A DNA stretch of 64,000 bases, taken from NCBI RefSeq assembly GCF_009914755.1, contig NC_060942.1. One strand, given 5' to 3'. The position numbers were made by a program, and so were the translations under genes. Positions 1 through 15,692 of this stretch are shown piece by piece; within the stretch, counting starts at the first letter, position 1; each line of letters starts with the position of its first letter. This DNA is from the human T2T-CHM13v2.0 reference genome, Homo sapiens. The notes beneath the pieces were generated by a model. The model saw only the letters and a program-made list of their open reading frames with translations, did not search any database and was not told where the DNA came from.

Positions 1-238
1 AGGACTATTGACCTTATAATAAGAGAAAGAGAGACCAGAGCTCTCTCTCTCTCTCTCTGCCTTGTGAGGATATAGCAAGAAGGAGACCATCTGTAATCCA
101 GGAAGAGAGCCCTCACTAGGAACCAAATCTGCTGACACCTTGATACTGAACTTTCCAGCCTTCAGAACTATGAGCAATAAATGTCTGTCATGTAAGCCAG
201 GCATTTTGTTGTTATGGCAGCCCAAGCTGACTAATACA
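1..238 (+). mobile_element. MaLR LTR, 3' part (MLT1A-like)
   Basis: Typical MLT1 3' half: gtgaggatatagcaagaagg...gacaccttgatactgaactttccagccttcagaact...aataaatgtc...ggcagcccaagctgactaataca. Confidence 0.8.
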
Positions 239-1006
239 ATGGTGTAACACTGCCTCATGTTGAACAGAGCTGCCAAGGCCGAGAGTTCCTTTTGTGGGCT
301 GAACATCCTTCGACCCTTAAATTATGACCCCAATTGTATCAGTATCTGGTTCAAGAGCACAGCTGACTGTATCTACTCTGTTGATGAGCACACAAATCAC
401 AGCTTTCCTATCTGGTCCCTGAAGAATGGATGCCTTGCTGCTCTGATTAATTATGCATCAGTTAATTAATTTGTTGGCTTTAGTGAATTGAATCAATTAC
501 TTTAAATGGCTTTTAATTGTTAATATATGCATTATAACAGAAGACAAAAGCTGTTAATAGAATTCAACATGAAAACCTCCCAGGACAGAGGATGGCCTTG
601 TAAAATAAATTATTTAAAGTTTCCCAAAGAGTCCTTGTGACTTCCAAAAAGCCAATAGTATTTAAGGCAATATGGAATTCTGTTTGAGAGTTCTTTTTGG
701 AGTAATTCTAAACAAATACAGATGGATAAGGTGTGAGGATTTATTGAGAGGCGATTGTCACCCACATAATCAGTCTCTAAGCTCCTGCATGTAGATGTCC
801 TGGGAAAGCTAGAAGGCCCCATGAGAGCAGGATTACTGCTGATGGAAGTGTAAACCTCATCTAGAACCCTGATTTATAGGTGAGGAAGCACTAAATGATT
901 GTCAACAACTCTGATGAGTGGCGTAGAGGGTTCTCTGTGTGTTGCTGCTAGATTCTCTTTCATTTCAGGGAGGAAGCCAACTAAGCAGTGGGGTCTGGGA
1001 AACAGT

Positions 1007-1028
1007 GGGCTGGGGCGGGGGCAGGGGG
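1007..1028 (+). other. G-quadruplex-forming motif
   Basis: GGG ct GGGG c GGGGG ca GGGGG: four G>=3 tracts with 1-2 nt loops. Confidence 0.55.
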
Positions 1029-1407
1029 ACCCTCCAAGTCTTACTATCTCTTCTCACCCAGTCTGGAAACCCAGAACCCAGAACCCAGTGGCAGAAAATG
1101 ACATCCACACAGCTCTGCATCTGCATGGGCAGCTCTGGTTGGGGTGGGGGTGACACACATTCCCTCCCACTTCTGCTCTGGGATTTACTCCATGCGCTGT
1201 GAGAGGAAGAGGGCAGAGGGCAAATTAGACGCTGGTGTCAGAACAGTGAGCAAATTCCTCCCCTAGGTACCTTAATCAGCAGTCACAGAGAAGATCTTCA
1301 ATCATGAGCCAAAGTAGCTCCTTGGCTAAACTTGGTAGACGGTAATATTTTTACGCGAAGATCAGACCTAGTCTGTAAGCAAACCTCAGTTTCAAGACTG
1401 ATTCCTG

Positions 1408-1704
1408 TGGTGGTTAATTGGTGCAAAAAATAGAAAGAATGAATAAGACCCACTATTTGATAGCACACTTGGATGATGGTAGTCAATAATAATTCAAATG
1501 AATATTTTAAAATAACTTAAAGAATGTAATTGAATTGTGTGTAACTCAAAGGATAAATGCTTGAGGGGATCAATACCCTGTTCTTCATGATGTGATTATT
1601 TTACATTGCATGCCTGTATCAAAACATCTCATGTACCCCATAAATATATACAACTACTATTTACCCACAAAATTTCTTATAAATAATGAAAAACATTAAA
1701 AAAA
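1408..1704 (+). mobile_element. L1MA-type LINE-1 3' end with A-tail and TSD
   Basis: L1MA 3'UTR motifs (ggataaatgcttgagggga, catgcctgtatcaaaacatctcatgtaccccataaatatataca); TSD aagactgatt(c/t)ctg at 1394-1407 and 1705-1718. Confidence 0.85.
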
Positions 1705-1792
1705 AAGACTGATTTCTGCTTCTAAAAACCCTGTTGCTGATGTCCAAAAGAGGGTTGTTGGTAATCCAGAGAATAAAATTGGGAGAATATCA

Positions 1793-2076
1793 TTTTTTTT
1801 TTTTTGAGACAGAGTCTCTCTCTGTTGCCTGGGCTGGAGTGCAGTGGCATGATCTAAGCTCACTGCAACCTCCGCCTCTCAGGTTCAAGTGATTCTCCTG
1901 CCTCAGCCTCCAGAGTAGCTTGGACTACAGGTGCCCACCACTATACCCGGCTAATTTTTATATTTTTAATTGAGACGGGGTTTCACCATATTGGCCAGGC
2001 TGGTCTCAAACTCCTGACTTTGTGAACCGCCTGCCTTGGCCTTCCAAAGAGCTGGGATTACAGGCGTGAGCCACCG
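1793..2076 (-). mobile_element. Alu (AluS)
   Basis: Poly-T then Alu antisense body; flanking gggagaatat TSD. Confidence 0.95.
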
Positions 2077-2104
2077 ATGGGAGAATATATTTTTAAGCAA
2101 TTGT

Positions 2105-2710
2105 TTGACTAACTCATTTACTGTCCAAACATTTGAGAGCCCCCTACACACCAGGCCATGTGTTAGGTGCTGTGTCTGCAACTCTCAACAAGATGAATCT
2201 CTGGAAATAGACATTTGGAGCATCATGTAATAAATGCTACAAAAAGACATATACCGGGGGCTATAATAACACATTGGGATGCCACTTAACCTAGGGTAGC
2301 AGAATCATGGAGGTTTCATAAAGGAGATGAGTCTGGAAAGACAGGGTAAGAGGAGTTAGCTAAGCAAAAAGTCAGGTCCAAGGGGGAAGGTATCTGACGG
2401 ATAAATAAACAGATGGCATGTGAAAGCCTAGCACCAACTCCACATAGTTCTTCAGGGCCAGAGTACAGCTAGGATGGAGGTCCAGATTGTGAATCCCACA
2501 AGTGATGAGATGCTCTTGAATGGTTTTGAGGAGAAGAATGGCATGATTATATCTAGATTTAGAAAGATTATCACAACAGTAGTGTGGAAAATGGATTAAA
2601 GAATGCTGAAGACAGTAAGCAGAGAGACAAGCTAGGACCCTGTTGCAGCAATTCAGGAAAGAAGTAAGGGGAACTGCAAATAACTGGTGAGGCTGGGATG
2701 GAGACTTGAG
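2105..2710 (-). mobile_element. L2 fossil
   Basis: Degenerate antisense L2 3' end (catttactg...aaacatttgagagcccctacacaccagg...tgttaggtgctg) and purine-rich L2 body. Confidence 0.6.
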
Positions 2711-2721
2711 GATGGTCATGA

Positions 2722-3143
2722 TGTGCACACCACAACATGCCATTCAGACACCCATCAGTGAACGACTTGTTGCCCCAGTTACTGAGAATGCCATGAGCAG
2801 GCAGTCTTCAGCTGCCAGTCCCATCAGGGATTGCTTGAGTTGCACACAGCTTCTTGCCTGAGGTCACTTCCCATCCCAAAGCCCAATGACAGTGATGTGA
2901 GGGCATGAAGGCTTGGTCAACTTGGTCCAATTCAGGGCCACTCTGAAGGACCGTCTAACTCCAGTCCTCCCTGTGAAACCCCACAAGGCTGCCATTGTGT
3001 CCACATGAGCCCCACTTTTCCCTCTGTCTAATCCTGCCTCAATTCCGTCCCTTACACAGGGTTGATCCTAGAAGCACATCCTAATAAGCCTGCCGCACAC
3101 TAACTCCATCTGCGTCAGCTTCTTGGGAATTCCAAGCTGCAAG
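2722..3143 (+). mobile_element. ERVL LTR (LTR16-like)
   Basis: LTR16-type 3' end: gggttgatcctagaagcacatcctaataagcctgccgcacactaactccatc...gggaattccaagctgcaaga. Confidence 0.65.
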
Positions 3144-4103
3144 AGTAACCAACTTGATTCATAGGTAAGAAGGAGAAAAATAATCAAGAATAATTCCAAG
3201 ATTTCTAGCTTAGTTTATTAAGATAGGAAATAAAGGAAGAACAACTTTGGGAGGGGAGTGATGTATCCAGGTCCGAGCACTGTTACTTTTTTGATGACAC
3301 CACAACTTTTAGGTCTCCTTAGCTGGAAACCCTACAATCATCTTGACCCTTCCTTCCCTTCAAGCCCAACTCGCAATAAGTCCTATCAATTATTTTCTTC
3401 ATATGGTTGTGGGATTCATCTTTCATTTTATTCCCACTTCTTACTTCTATGTATTCCAAACCTTACCATTTTATGCCTGAATTGCCACAATAGTCTCAGC
3501 TTTGGATTGGACCTTCTTGGCCTCTGTCCCTAACTTGTGGTTCTGGTCAGTGTTTTAAAATCATCATTACCTTTATTGTGCCACTACCACCTTAGCATAT
3601 CTCAACATTTAGTGCTACGTGATAGATATTAGTCAATTTACTGTTCTACACTATTTAATTCGATTCCACTCAAGAAACCACATTTAAGCTACTACTGTCA
3701 TTTGGGCATGATATGAGAAGCTTGGAGAACCCAATATGAATGAGATATTTTCTGCTTTCCAGAAATTCTCAATTTATAGAGGAGACTAGCACTTAAATAA
3801 TAGTGAAACAATGTGAAGAGAGCTCAACTGGGACACAGGTGTTTATAGAAAACAGAGAGTAGAATGGAATTATTTCTGTCCCAACTCTTTCTGAGGGCTC
3901 TCAACTCTTTCTTGTGCACTGTTTCCTGGCTTCGTGCTGTCTGCCCAATCTAATTCTCACTCTCTGAGTTGGTGTATTTACTATGTGTGTGTGGTGACCA
4001 GCCTCCAGTGATTCTTGTTTTCAGATATTTATTTATTTGGGTAATATCTCCTCAGTAATATCTCCTCTCCAATCAGTAGAATATGGTAGAAATAACAAAA
4101 TGT

Positions 4104-4570
<467 letters not shown>

Positions 4571-6011
4571 CTACTTGAGTTTACTGCCCGATCACAGCTC
4601 CCAGGCCATAGCACAGGAAGAGGGATACCAGCAGGAGCAGACTCTGGATTGAGAAGACAGGGTTGAAAGTCCAGGGAGAAGAAGGTGGCTGGACTTTGCA
4701 GGCCAGAATATTAGAGGGGAAAGAGAGATACTATGAGAGAGATCCCAGTGATCTGCAGAAAGTTCTTCAGTGTTCAGCTGGGTACCTACCGATCAGTGCA
4801 TGTCTGTGCAGCATAAAACAAAAGATGGGGAAACATCCTTACTTATCTTAAAGGATAAGAAGGAATAATACCCAATGCTCACAGGGCCAAGAATAGTACC
4901 TGTTCCCACGAGCCAGGCACCGATCACTGGGTAAAGCATTCATAACGGTCTTGTCTCAGTAATGGATGAAAATTAGCCCTTCTCTTGTCCTACCTAACAA
5001 ATCTTAAGTGAAAGATTCAATGGATCAAACTATTTACAAGTAACTTAATTATGTCCCAGAACAAAGTTCAAGAATACTTGTAGCAATTCAAAACCATCCA
5101 GTAGCCGAAAAGGCAATATCTCGCATCCAGTAAAAAATTAGCAGAAGAGGCAGGAATGTGACTCATAATAAAGAGAAAAATCATTCAGTTGAAACTGACC
5201 CAGAACTAACACAGATGTTAGAATTAACAAACAATGGCATTAAAACATTATTATTATAAATTTATTCCATGTGTTCAAAAAGTTAAGTGAGACCTAGAAG
5301 TACAAAATGACCAAATGCAACTTCTGGAGATAAAAACTAAAATGTCCGCAATGAAAATTGAATGGGATTAATGAGAGGTTGGACATTGCAGAAGAAAAGA
5401 TCAGTGACCCTGAAGACATAGCAATAGAAACTATCCACACTAAAACATAAATAAGGATTTTTAAAACTAAAAATATGGGCAGTGAGCTATGAGACAATTT
5501 TGAGCACCTTAACGTGACACTGAAGTCTCCAAAAGAGAGCAGGGAAGAAAAAAATATTGAAAGAAATAATGGCCAACAATTTTCCAAAATTGATGAAGAC
5601 AATAAACTCAGTGTCACAAGTAGTTCAATGAGCTCCAAGGCATAAAACTACACAAAGGCAAACCAAACTGAAGTTGCTCAAACTAGTGATAAAGAAAATT
5701 TAAAAATCAGCCAGAGAAAAAAGACATACATAAGAGGCACATAGTTAAGAATGACAGCTGGTTTCTTGACAAAGGCAATATAAATAAAAAGACAAGAGAA
5801 ATAGTTTTAAAAGAAAAAAGTCATTCAGAATTCTATACCCAATAAAAATATCTTTCAAAAGTGAAGGCAAAATGTAGATATTTTTAGACACACAAAAGCT
5901 ATAAGAATTCATTATTCCAGCATAACCATACTATTAAAACATCTTAAAGGAAGTCCTTCAGACAGAAGGAAAATGATGCCAGATGGAAATTTGGATCTAT
6001 ACAAAGAAATC

Positions 6012-6652
<641 letters not shown>

Positions 6653-7214
6653 GAAATCAGGAGCGCCAGAAATAATAACTAATGATTACATAGATGATTG
6701 CTTTTCCTTATTAAATAAGTTTAAAAGATAATTGACTATTTAAACAAACATAACAATTATGTATTGTGGAATCTCTAACATGTGGAAAGGTAAAATATAT
6801 GACAGCAGTAGCACAAAGGCTGGCAGAGGGAAATGGGATATACTATTTTATATTCTTTTGTTATATATATGAAGTGGTGTCATATCACCTGAAAGTTAAC
6901 CAGAATAAGTTAGTGATGCATAGTAAAAATCCTAAGAGAATCACCCAAGTACAAAACAAGGAGTTAAAGCTCATAATTCAACTAAGGCAATAAAATGAAA
7001 TAGTAAAATGTATTTAGTTAATCCAAGAGAAAGCAGAATAAGAAGAAAAAGAAAACAAAGAGACAAATAGAAAATAAATAGGAAGAGAGTACATTTAAAC
7101 CTAAGCATATCCATGCTCACAGTAAATGTTAATAGACTAAAAATTCCAACCAGAAGTTTGAAATTGTCATATTGGACCAAAAGGCAAGACCACGCTGCCT
7201 ATAAAAATACAATT

Positions 7215-7757
7215 TTTAAAAAATTTTTCCATAGGTTATTGGGGTACAGGTAGTGTTTGGTTACATGAGTAAGGTCTTTAGTGGTGCTTTGTCAGATTTT
7301 GGTTCACACATCACCCAAACGGTATACACTGCACCCTATTTGTAGTCTTTTATCCCTCGCCCCCTCCCATTCTTCCCCCCAAATCCCCAGAGTCCACTGT
7401 ATCATTCTTATGCCTTTGTGTCCTCATAGCTTAGCTCCCACATATCAGTGAGAACATACGATGTTTGGTTTTCCATTCCTGAGTTACTTCACTTAGAATC
7501 ATAGTCTCCAATCTCATCCTGGTCACTACAAGTGCCGTTAATTTATTCTATTTTATGGCTGAGTAGTATTCCATCATATATATATATATACACATATATA
7601 TGTATATATGTATATATATGTATACACACATATATGTATATATGTATATATATGTATACACACACACACACACCAAGTTTCTTTATCCACTCATTGATGG
7701 GCATTTGGGTTGGTTCCATGATTTTGCAATTGTGAACAGTGCTGCTATAAACATGCG
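7215..7757 (-). mobile_element. L1PB-type LINE-1 3' end
   Basis: Antisense L1PB 3'UTR (ggggtacaggtagtgtttggttacatgagtaag, gctcccacatatcagtgagaacatacgatg). Confidence 0.8.
7576..7672. repeat. Compound (TA)/(TG)/(CA) microsatellite
   Basis: Alternating purine-pyrimidine run embedded in the L1PB. Confidence 0.9.
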
Positions 7758-7838
7758 AAAAACACAGTTTAAATATAAAGACACAGATTAAAAATATATT
7801 CCACACTAACATGAATCAAAGAAAGTTGTAGTGGGGTA

Positions 7839-8130
<292 letters not shown>

Positions 8131-9004
8131 GAGAAAGTTGCAGTGGTTATATCAATCTCAAGCAAGGTAGATTTCAGAGCAAAGAATATTACCAAGAATA
8201 AAGAAGGTCAGTTCTTAATGATAAAGAGGTAAATTCATCAGCAAGATATAACAATCCTCAATATGGATCTAATAATAGAGCTTCAAAAGTACATGAAGCA
8301 ACAACTGATAGAAGCACAGGGGAAGATAAACAAATCCATAAATATAGTCCAAGATTTCAGGACCCCGCCCTCAATAATTGACAGCACAATTAGACAGAAA
8401 ATCAGTAGGGTATAAAAGACCTGAATACAACTATGAACCAAATTGGCCCAATTGATATTAATTCAAAAGAGACCATATGTCTAAATGTAAAACCTAAAGC
8501 TATACAACTTCTCAAAGAAAAGATAGGAGAAAAACTGTAAACTTAGGTTAGGCAAAGATTTCTTAAATATGACACCAAAAGCATGCGCCATAACAGAACA
8601 AATTGGCTAATTAGACTTCATTAAACTTTGAAATCTGCTCTTTACACTGTTTAGAGAATAAAAAGTCAAGCCATAGACTGAGAGAAAATGTTTGCAAAGC
8701 ATATGTCTGATAAAGTATTTGCATCCAGAAAAAAACCCAAACATAATAATAAGAAAACCAGCAACCCATAAAAAGTCAGCTAAAGATTTGAACAAACATT
8801 TCATCAATAGCCATTAGACAAATGCAAATTAAAACCACAATGATATACCACTACACACCTATTAAAATGACTAAAATTAGAAAAGACTGAACATATGGAT
8901 GAGGATGTGAAAGAACTAGAAATCTCTTGCACTTGTGGTAGGAATACAAAATGATATAGCTGCTTCAGAAAACAGTTTGCAGTTTCTTAAAAAGGTGTAC
9001 ATAC

Positions 9005-9354
<350 letters not shown>

Positions 9355-10544
9355 TCACCCAAGAGAAAAGAAAGCAGAGATCCATGCAAAGACCTGTACA
9401 CAAATGTTCATAACCACTTTATTTGCAAAAGCCCAAAAAGGACACAACCCACGTGTCTATCAACAGGTGACTGCATAAGAAAACTGCAGCATATTTATAT
9501 AGTGGAATACCACTTAGCAACAAAAAGAGAGGAAGCATGAATACACAGCAGCAACCTGGGTGAATCTCAAAATAATGTAAAAAGCCAGCTAACTGATAGT
9601 GACAGAAAGCAGACTGGTGGTTGCCTGCAGGTGCGGAGGAAGGACAGGAAAAAGGGATCACTAAGGGACAAGAGGAGAATTTGGGGGATGATGGCTATGT
9701 TTACTGCCTTGTGGTGTAACACATCAAATTTTACCACTGAAATATGTCTATTTTACTGTATATCAATTATACCTGAAGAAGTGGTTTTACAAAAGAGAGA
9801 AACTATGAAGCTCATTACTGACATTGTAATTGCAAAGAAATCTGGCCTAGCTATGAAAGCAGCTTCCCTGCAGAGCATAAGTGACGATTCCAGTTCTCTG
9901 CTAGAGAGCGTGGCCAGGTAGATGGGTCGGCATCAGCACTTTTCCCGTTAGACTACACAACACGCCCCGGCCGTAATTTCACCAGCAGAGCTGGACTTTG
10001 CTTGCAACCTGTTAAGCTCAAGCCCAGCGTGAATGTTTTGCTAGACAGAGCCATCTTTCTCTGGATGTTGCAGGTCAGTGCTGGGTGACCGCAGAGCTTC
10101 TCTAGTAAACCCACATCATCCCAAGAGTGGCCTCCTGTCCAGAGAGGCGCTCATCTGCCTGCTCTGCAGACGGACAATCGCACTGTTTTGTTTCAATGCT
10201 CAACCTGACCAGCCTCCAGCTACCACTCTATCTATCTTTCTAATGATGCCAAGCGCCATGTTGGACCATTTCCAGATACTCTAGCTCCTCAAGGAAGCAT
10301 TACAATCTGTGTGCCATCCATCTTGTGCTCCCAGCACCAAACGCAGTTCCTGACTGGGAGTTGCCAGTGAATACATGTTTATTTTATGAACGAATGAATG
10401 AACAGATGAATGTTTAATGTAAAGAAGAGAAGGTTCAAGTTAATCCTGATACCTAAAAGTGCCCACATTATGACCAGATAGTGATCTAAATCTTAATTCA
10501 CAAGGAAGTTATTTAGAAATAGCAGCTTATTGTGTTATATAATA

Positions 10545-11160
10545 CGGGTCGCTAAAATTACTTGAGCGCTTACTATGCTAGGCACTATTCCAAGCATGTA
10601 ACATGCATTGTCTCATGGAATCTTCAAAGGTACCAGCAGTAGTCTGCTAGGAACGCCATAGCAAAGCACCACAACAGTGCATTTTCTCACAATTTTAAAG
10701 GCTGGAAGTCTCTGATCAAGGAGTTGGTTTCTCCTGAAGCCTTTCTCCTTGTGGGTGGCCTCTTCTCCTTGTGTCCTCACATGGTCTTCCTTCTGTATGT
10801 GTCTGAGTCCTAATCTCCTCTTCTTATAAGGACACTAAGCATATTGAATGAGGGCGCACCCTAATGGCCAGAGGTAATTTTAACTCAATTGCCTCCGTCA
10901 TTAAAGGCCCTATTTCCAAATATAGACACAGTCTGAGGCAGTGGGGATGAAGACTTCAACATATGAATTTTGAGGGGACACATTCAGCCCATAATAGTAC
11001 CAATAAAGTTGGTTGTAACTATTGTTCTCATTTTACAGGGGAGGAAACTGAGGCAAAGAGCAGCCACATTGTCCAAGGTCATGCCCTTAATACATGTCAG
11101 AACCTGGACACCAAGAATGGTAGTCTGCCTGTTCCAGAACCCCATTCTTAATTATCATTC
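10545..11160 (-). mobile_element. MIR split by an MLT1B insertion
   Basis: ttgagcgcttactatgctaggcact... left of the LTR; cattttacaggggaggaaactgaggc...ccaaggtca right of it. Confidence 0.7.
10635..10996 (-). mobile_element. MaLR LTR (MLT1B-like)
   Basis: cctaatctcctcttcttataaggacac...ttcaacatatgaattttgaggggacacattcagcccataata; 5-bp TSD gtacc at 10630-10634 and 10997-11001. Confidence 0.85.
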
Positions 11161-12584
11161 TATACTGACTTGCAATTGATCCACATATTCTCAGTGGAGG
11201 TCAGATTCTCAGGCTAGCCCCAAAAGCCTAATTCATCATAACACAGTTGGGATGCTACTAAGGGTATTCCAAAACCTGGGTTCTTGAAGACTTAGGGATA
11301 AAGAGAAGAAGTTGAACTTAAAAACTAGCAGTGGGGGCTCCATGAGCAATAGCTCTGGGGCGCTGGCGGAGTGAGAGGCAGCCAGGACCCTTGGTACTGG
11401 TCACTCCTGTAGCGTGATAAGGGGACAGGGGTCAGTGGCCATTTCTACACAAGGGCCACCTATTAGTCAAGTGGCATAATTCTGAGACTGTTTCTATTTA
11501 CAAAAACAAAAAGATGATAAATAGAGTAGAAGGCATGATTAATACGCCACAGGGATCTTTAAAAATTATGTAAATTATTTTAAGGCTTTTAATTTACTTT
11601 ACCTTTTTAACGTGCTGTAATATACTACATAGACACATGCAATATAATTTTAAATCCCCGGAGGCCTTCTTTTTGGATAGTAAGTAATTTCATAGCACAG
11701 CAATATTTCTTAGACTGAATATCTCAGGCAGAAGACAGTACTGATTCCTTTCTTCTTCCACTTCAAAAGCACACAGGAACCCATCTATTTCTCTAAATAT
11801 TTTTTTTTCTGGCCCATCTGTATCTTAAGCAATGTCCAGGTTTGTCAACCCCATCATTTTTGTCTGTGTTATGAAGGAATGCATGTTTAAAAATGCATTT
11901 CGAAAAGAAATAAAAGCGGTCATGTCAATGGATACCTCCCTGTCCATGGGATTTCATTCTAATATTTAGGCACTATTCTAGGTGTTGGAAATGTAGCTGC
12001 ATAAAAAAGCCCTTCCTGTGGTGGAGATCAAATTTTCGTCCTTTTTGGCAGGTGAAGGCTCAGGCGCTTGTGAGGACAGGCCTCTGACCTAATTCATCTG
12101 CATGCTGTACTCTTGCCCACTCGGGCAATGTTGTCCCAGTTGAGGAAATGCCTGTACACAAAGAAGCCTGAGGGAAGAGTCTAGAATGTGTGAAATCGTG
12201 GGGTGCTGCAGAGCTCTCTGGTTATAGTTGTCTCAGCACCTGGCCCTCTAAGCCCAATGGTCCTGGGATGGCAGCTTTCAGCCTTTGTGGATGTGCAGCC
12301 CAAAACCCGGAAGCAGAAAGAATGCAGGCTTATTTCTCCTCCACCAAAGAGAGAGGAATAACATTTCATATGTGTCACCCAAATGAAGCTGAACTTTCAA
12401 GTTCTCCGAACAGCATCACATTCAAAAGAAACACCATTAAGATATCAAATGAAGCGATTAAAAGCAATTTTAAAATATTAATGAAATTGCAAAAAGGACC
12501 AAGAAGGAATTTCATTCATAAAACTGAGCTAAGTTGTTAAAATTCTTCTTACCATGTTTCTTCTCAAAGCTCCACTCATTATAG

Positions 12585-12949
<365 letters not shown>

Positions 12950-12975
12950 AGAGTTGCACTTTAACCTCTTACGAG

Positions 12976-13347
12976 TGCTGAGGTTTGAACGGACATGTTC
13001 TTCCAACATTCTTAGGTTGGAACTTAAACCCGAAGGTGATGGTGTTAAGAGGTGGGACCTTCAGGAGGTGATGAGGTGGTGAGGGCTCTGCCCTCATGAA
13101 GGGATTAGTGCCCTTATGAAATGGCTCCAGGGAACTAGCTAGTCCCTTTCTGCCCTTCTAATATGTGAGGACACAGCAACAAGGGACCATCCTGGTAACA
13201 GACAGAACCCTCACCAGAGACTGAATCCGCTGGTACCTTGATCTTGGATTTCCCGGCCTCCAGGATGGTAAGAAATAAATTTCCATTCTTTATAAATAAG
13301 CCAGTCTCAGGTTATTTTGTTATAGCAGCACAAATGGACAAAGACAC
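12976..13347 (+). mobile_element. MaLR LTR (MSTD/MLT1A class)
   Basis: tgctgaggtttgaa...gagggctctgccctcatgaa...tgttatagcagcacaaatggacaaagaca. Confidence 0.8.
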
Positions 13348-14059
13348 CAAATTTAGGGGGTGCCCTCTGATGCAGGCTGGCTTGATACAAAACAAGAGCC
13401 TTATGACTTCTATGCCCTCTTCCTGCTCTGGAGAATCTCTGTCTGGTGTCCAACCTGAGCCCTGCAGAGGTGCTGGCCCTGCCCTGTGCTCCAGGCCATC
13501 CTTGCCATGGACCTGTAATGCACTGCTGTTCTCTCCCAGCAGAGTTCTTGTCAAGGGGATGATCGCCTGGTACATGGCCAGAAATGCTTTGGTTCATATT
13601 TCCCATGTGTCCCCTGCCCCCATCCCATACACACCCCCAGGAGGTACACTCAATAGGTAAACCCAAAGGTGAGCCTCAACTCCCTTTGGCTCACATATCC
13701 ATCTTTTCAGGGGGCTCTCACTTCTCCACTTTGGGAAATATAGGGGCAGGCAGGTGAACCTCCCACTCCCTTCTTTCCTTCCTCTATTCCTCCTTCTTCC
13801 ATTAGGTCCATCTCTTCCTTCCTCCCTTCATTCCTTAGAGAATAATAAGTTTTGCTTAATTGGAAGTTGACTTTTCCTTTCAATTGCCTGTTTCTAATGT
13901 CTAATATAATCCCAGTAGGCCATGATGCATGCTGAGTTTTTCCCTGGGATATTGGCATTCCAATGTTAGAGTTGGGCTTCTGTTGCACTATTTATAATGA
14001 CGTCCGAGTGCATCTCATGGCTTCCTCGTGGATTTATTTGTCTTTTTGGTGCTCAACAT

Positions 14060-14900
14060 CCTTTGTCTCTGTAGTTTTGAAGTTATTTTGCTCTCACTCT
14101 TGGATGACAATTTAGCTGTATTTGGAATTCAGGGTTGACAGTGTTTTCCATCAGCATATGGATGATGACACTCCATTCTCCTCTGGTCCCTGTTGTTCCA
14201 GATGAAAGTTGTGCTCTCAATCTAACTGTTATCCCTTTGTGGATAATCTGGGTTTTTTTCGAGCACCTTTTTCTTTTTTCTTGGTGACCTACAGTTACTT
14301 TGAACATGTGTTACCTTGTGTAGAACTTGATGTACGCTTTCAGTCTCAGGACTTGCATCCTTTATTCTGAAAATTCTCAGCCATTCTGTCTTTAAATGCC
14401 TGACCACCATTTCTTCTCCCCTCTACTGCTGAAAATACTCACAGATGGATGTATGATAGAATCTGTCTGTCTTCCATGTCTCTCAATATTTTCCATTTTT
14501 GTTTCTTCTCTTGACCTCTGAGTGTTATATTCTGGATGAATTCTTCACTATTTCATTCACTTTACTACATCTTCTATTTGATTGTGTCTTGTATAGATTT
14601 GACAGCATTGGTGGAGTTACTCTTTTTTATTCCAATAACTATATTTGTTACTTCCAGGCTCTTAACTGGTGCTTTTTCATAGCTACACATTACTAATTAA
14701 TGTCTGCCAATTTTGTAATTTTTTAAAAAAAGTTTTTCCTTTATTTACCCTGTCGAAAAATATTACCATACTTATTGTAAATCCTTTCAGATTATTCCAT
14801 TATTTTCATTTCTTCAGGAATGAATTCTCACTTGTTGAATTTTTTTGGCTATCTTTTACGACACAAACCTTTCTATGTGTTTTGAAATTTTGAATGTGAG
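14060..14900 (-). mobile_element. Ancient L1M/HAL1 ORF1 fossil
   Basis: Minus-strand translation QIIHKGITVRLRAQLSSGTTGTRGEWSVIIHMLMEN resembles L1 ORF1 C-terminal (TxKGxPIRLTADxSxETxxARREWxxIFxxLKE). Confidence 0.6.
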
Positions 14901-15412
14901 TTGTCTCCCACCCCCTCTTCTTATGTACAACTTTTCTGTCTGATCTTTTGAGGTTGTCACCTCCCAGCACTGCAGAGTCCCTAGTTATAATCAAGCTTTA
15001 TGCTGACAGCTTAAACCCTTACATGCAAACCCAGTCCCTGTGCCAGTACATAGTTAGGCCTGGTTTCAGGCTACCAAGAAATCTCTGTTCTTTTCTTCCA
15101 CCCAAGCAAGAAGCTGACTTTCTACCCCAGCTTTGGTTAGTAGTTGTAGCTAATTTTAGTCTATGTTCTTTTGCAGGGAGCCCAGAGCATCCCCATCTGG
15201 ATGTATATGGGGAACTTTCCATCCCCTTTCTCTCTGAATAGAACTCCTGTCCACCACTCCCTCTCTTTGACCCCAGTTTTCAGCAGGCCTAGTCCCTGCT
15301 TCCTGTTTTGTGTTCTCATTTTATCTCTTGTCCATGTGGATGATTCTGTTGAAAACTGAGGATTTTATTGTCTATAAATTTTTGAACAAATGTATATATT
15401 AAAAATATTCTT

Positions 15413-15692
15413 GACTGGGCACAGTGGCTCATTCCTGTAATTCCAACACTTCAGGAGGCTGAGGCAGGAGGATCATTTGAGACCGGGAGTTCGAGACCAG
15501 CATGGGTCAAAAAGTGAGACCTCTGTTAACATTAAATTCACTGTGTGTGGTCACGCACAACTGTAGTCCTAGTTATTTGGGAGGTTAAGGCAGGAAAATT
15601 GCTTGTGCTCAGAAGTTCAAGGTTACATTGAGCTATAATTGCACCACTGCACTCCAGCCTGGGAAATAAAGCAAGACTCTATATCTAAAAAA
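15413..15692 (+). mobile_element. Alu (AluJ)
   Basis: Diverged dimer with gaggatcatttgag and aggttacattgagctataattg J-type features. Confidence 0.9.
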
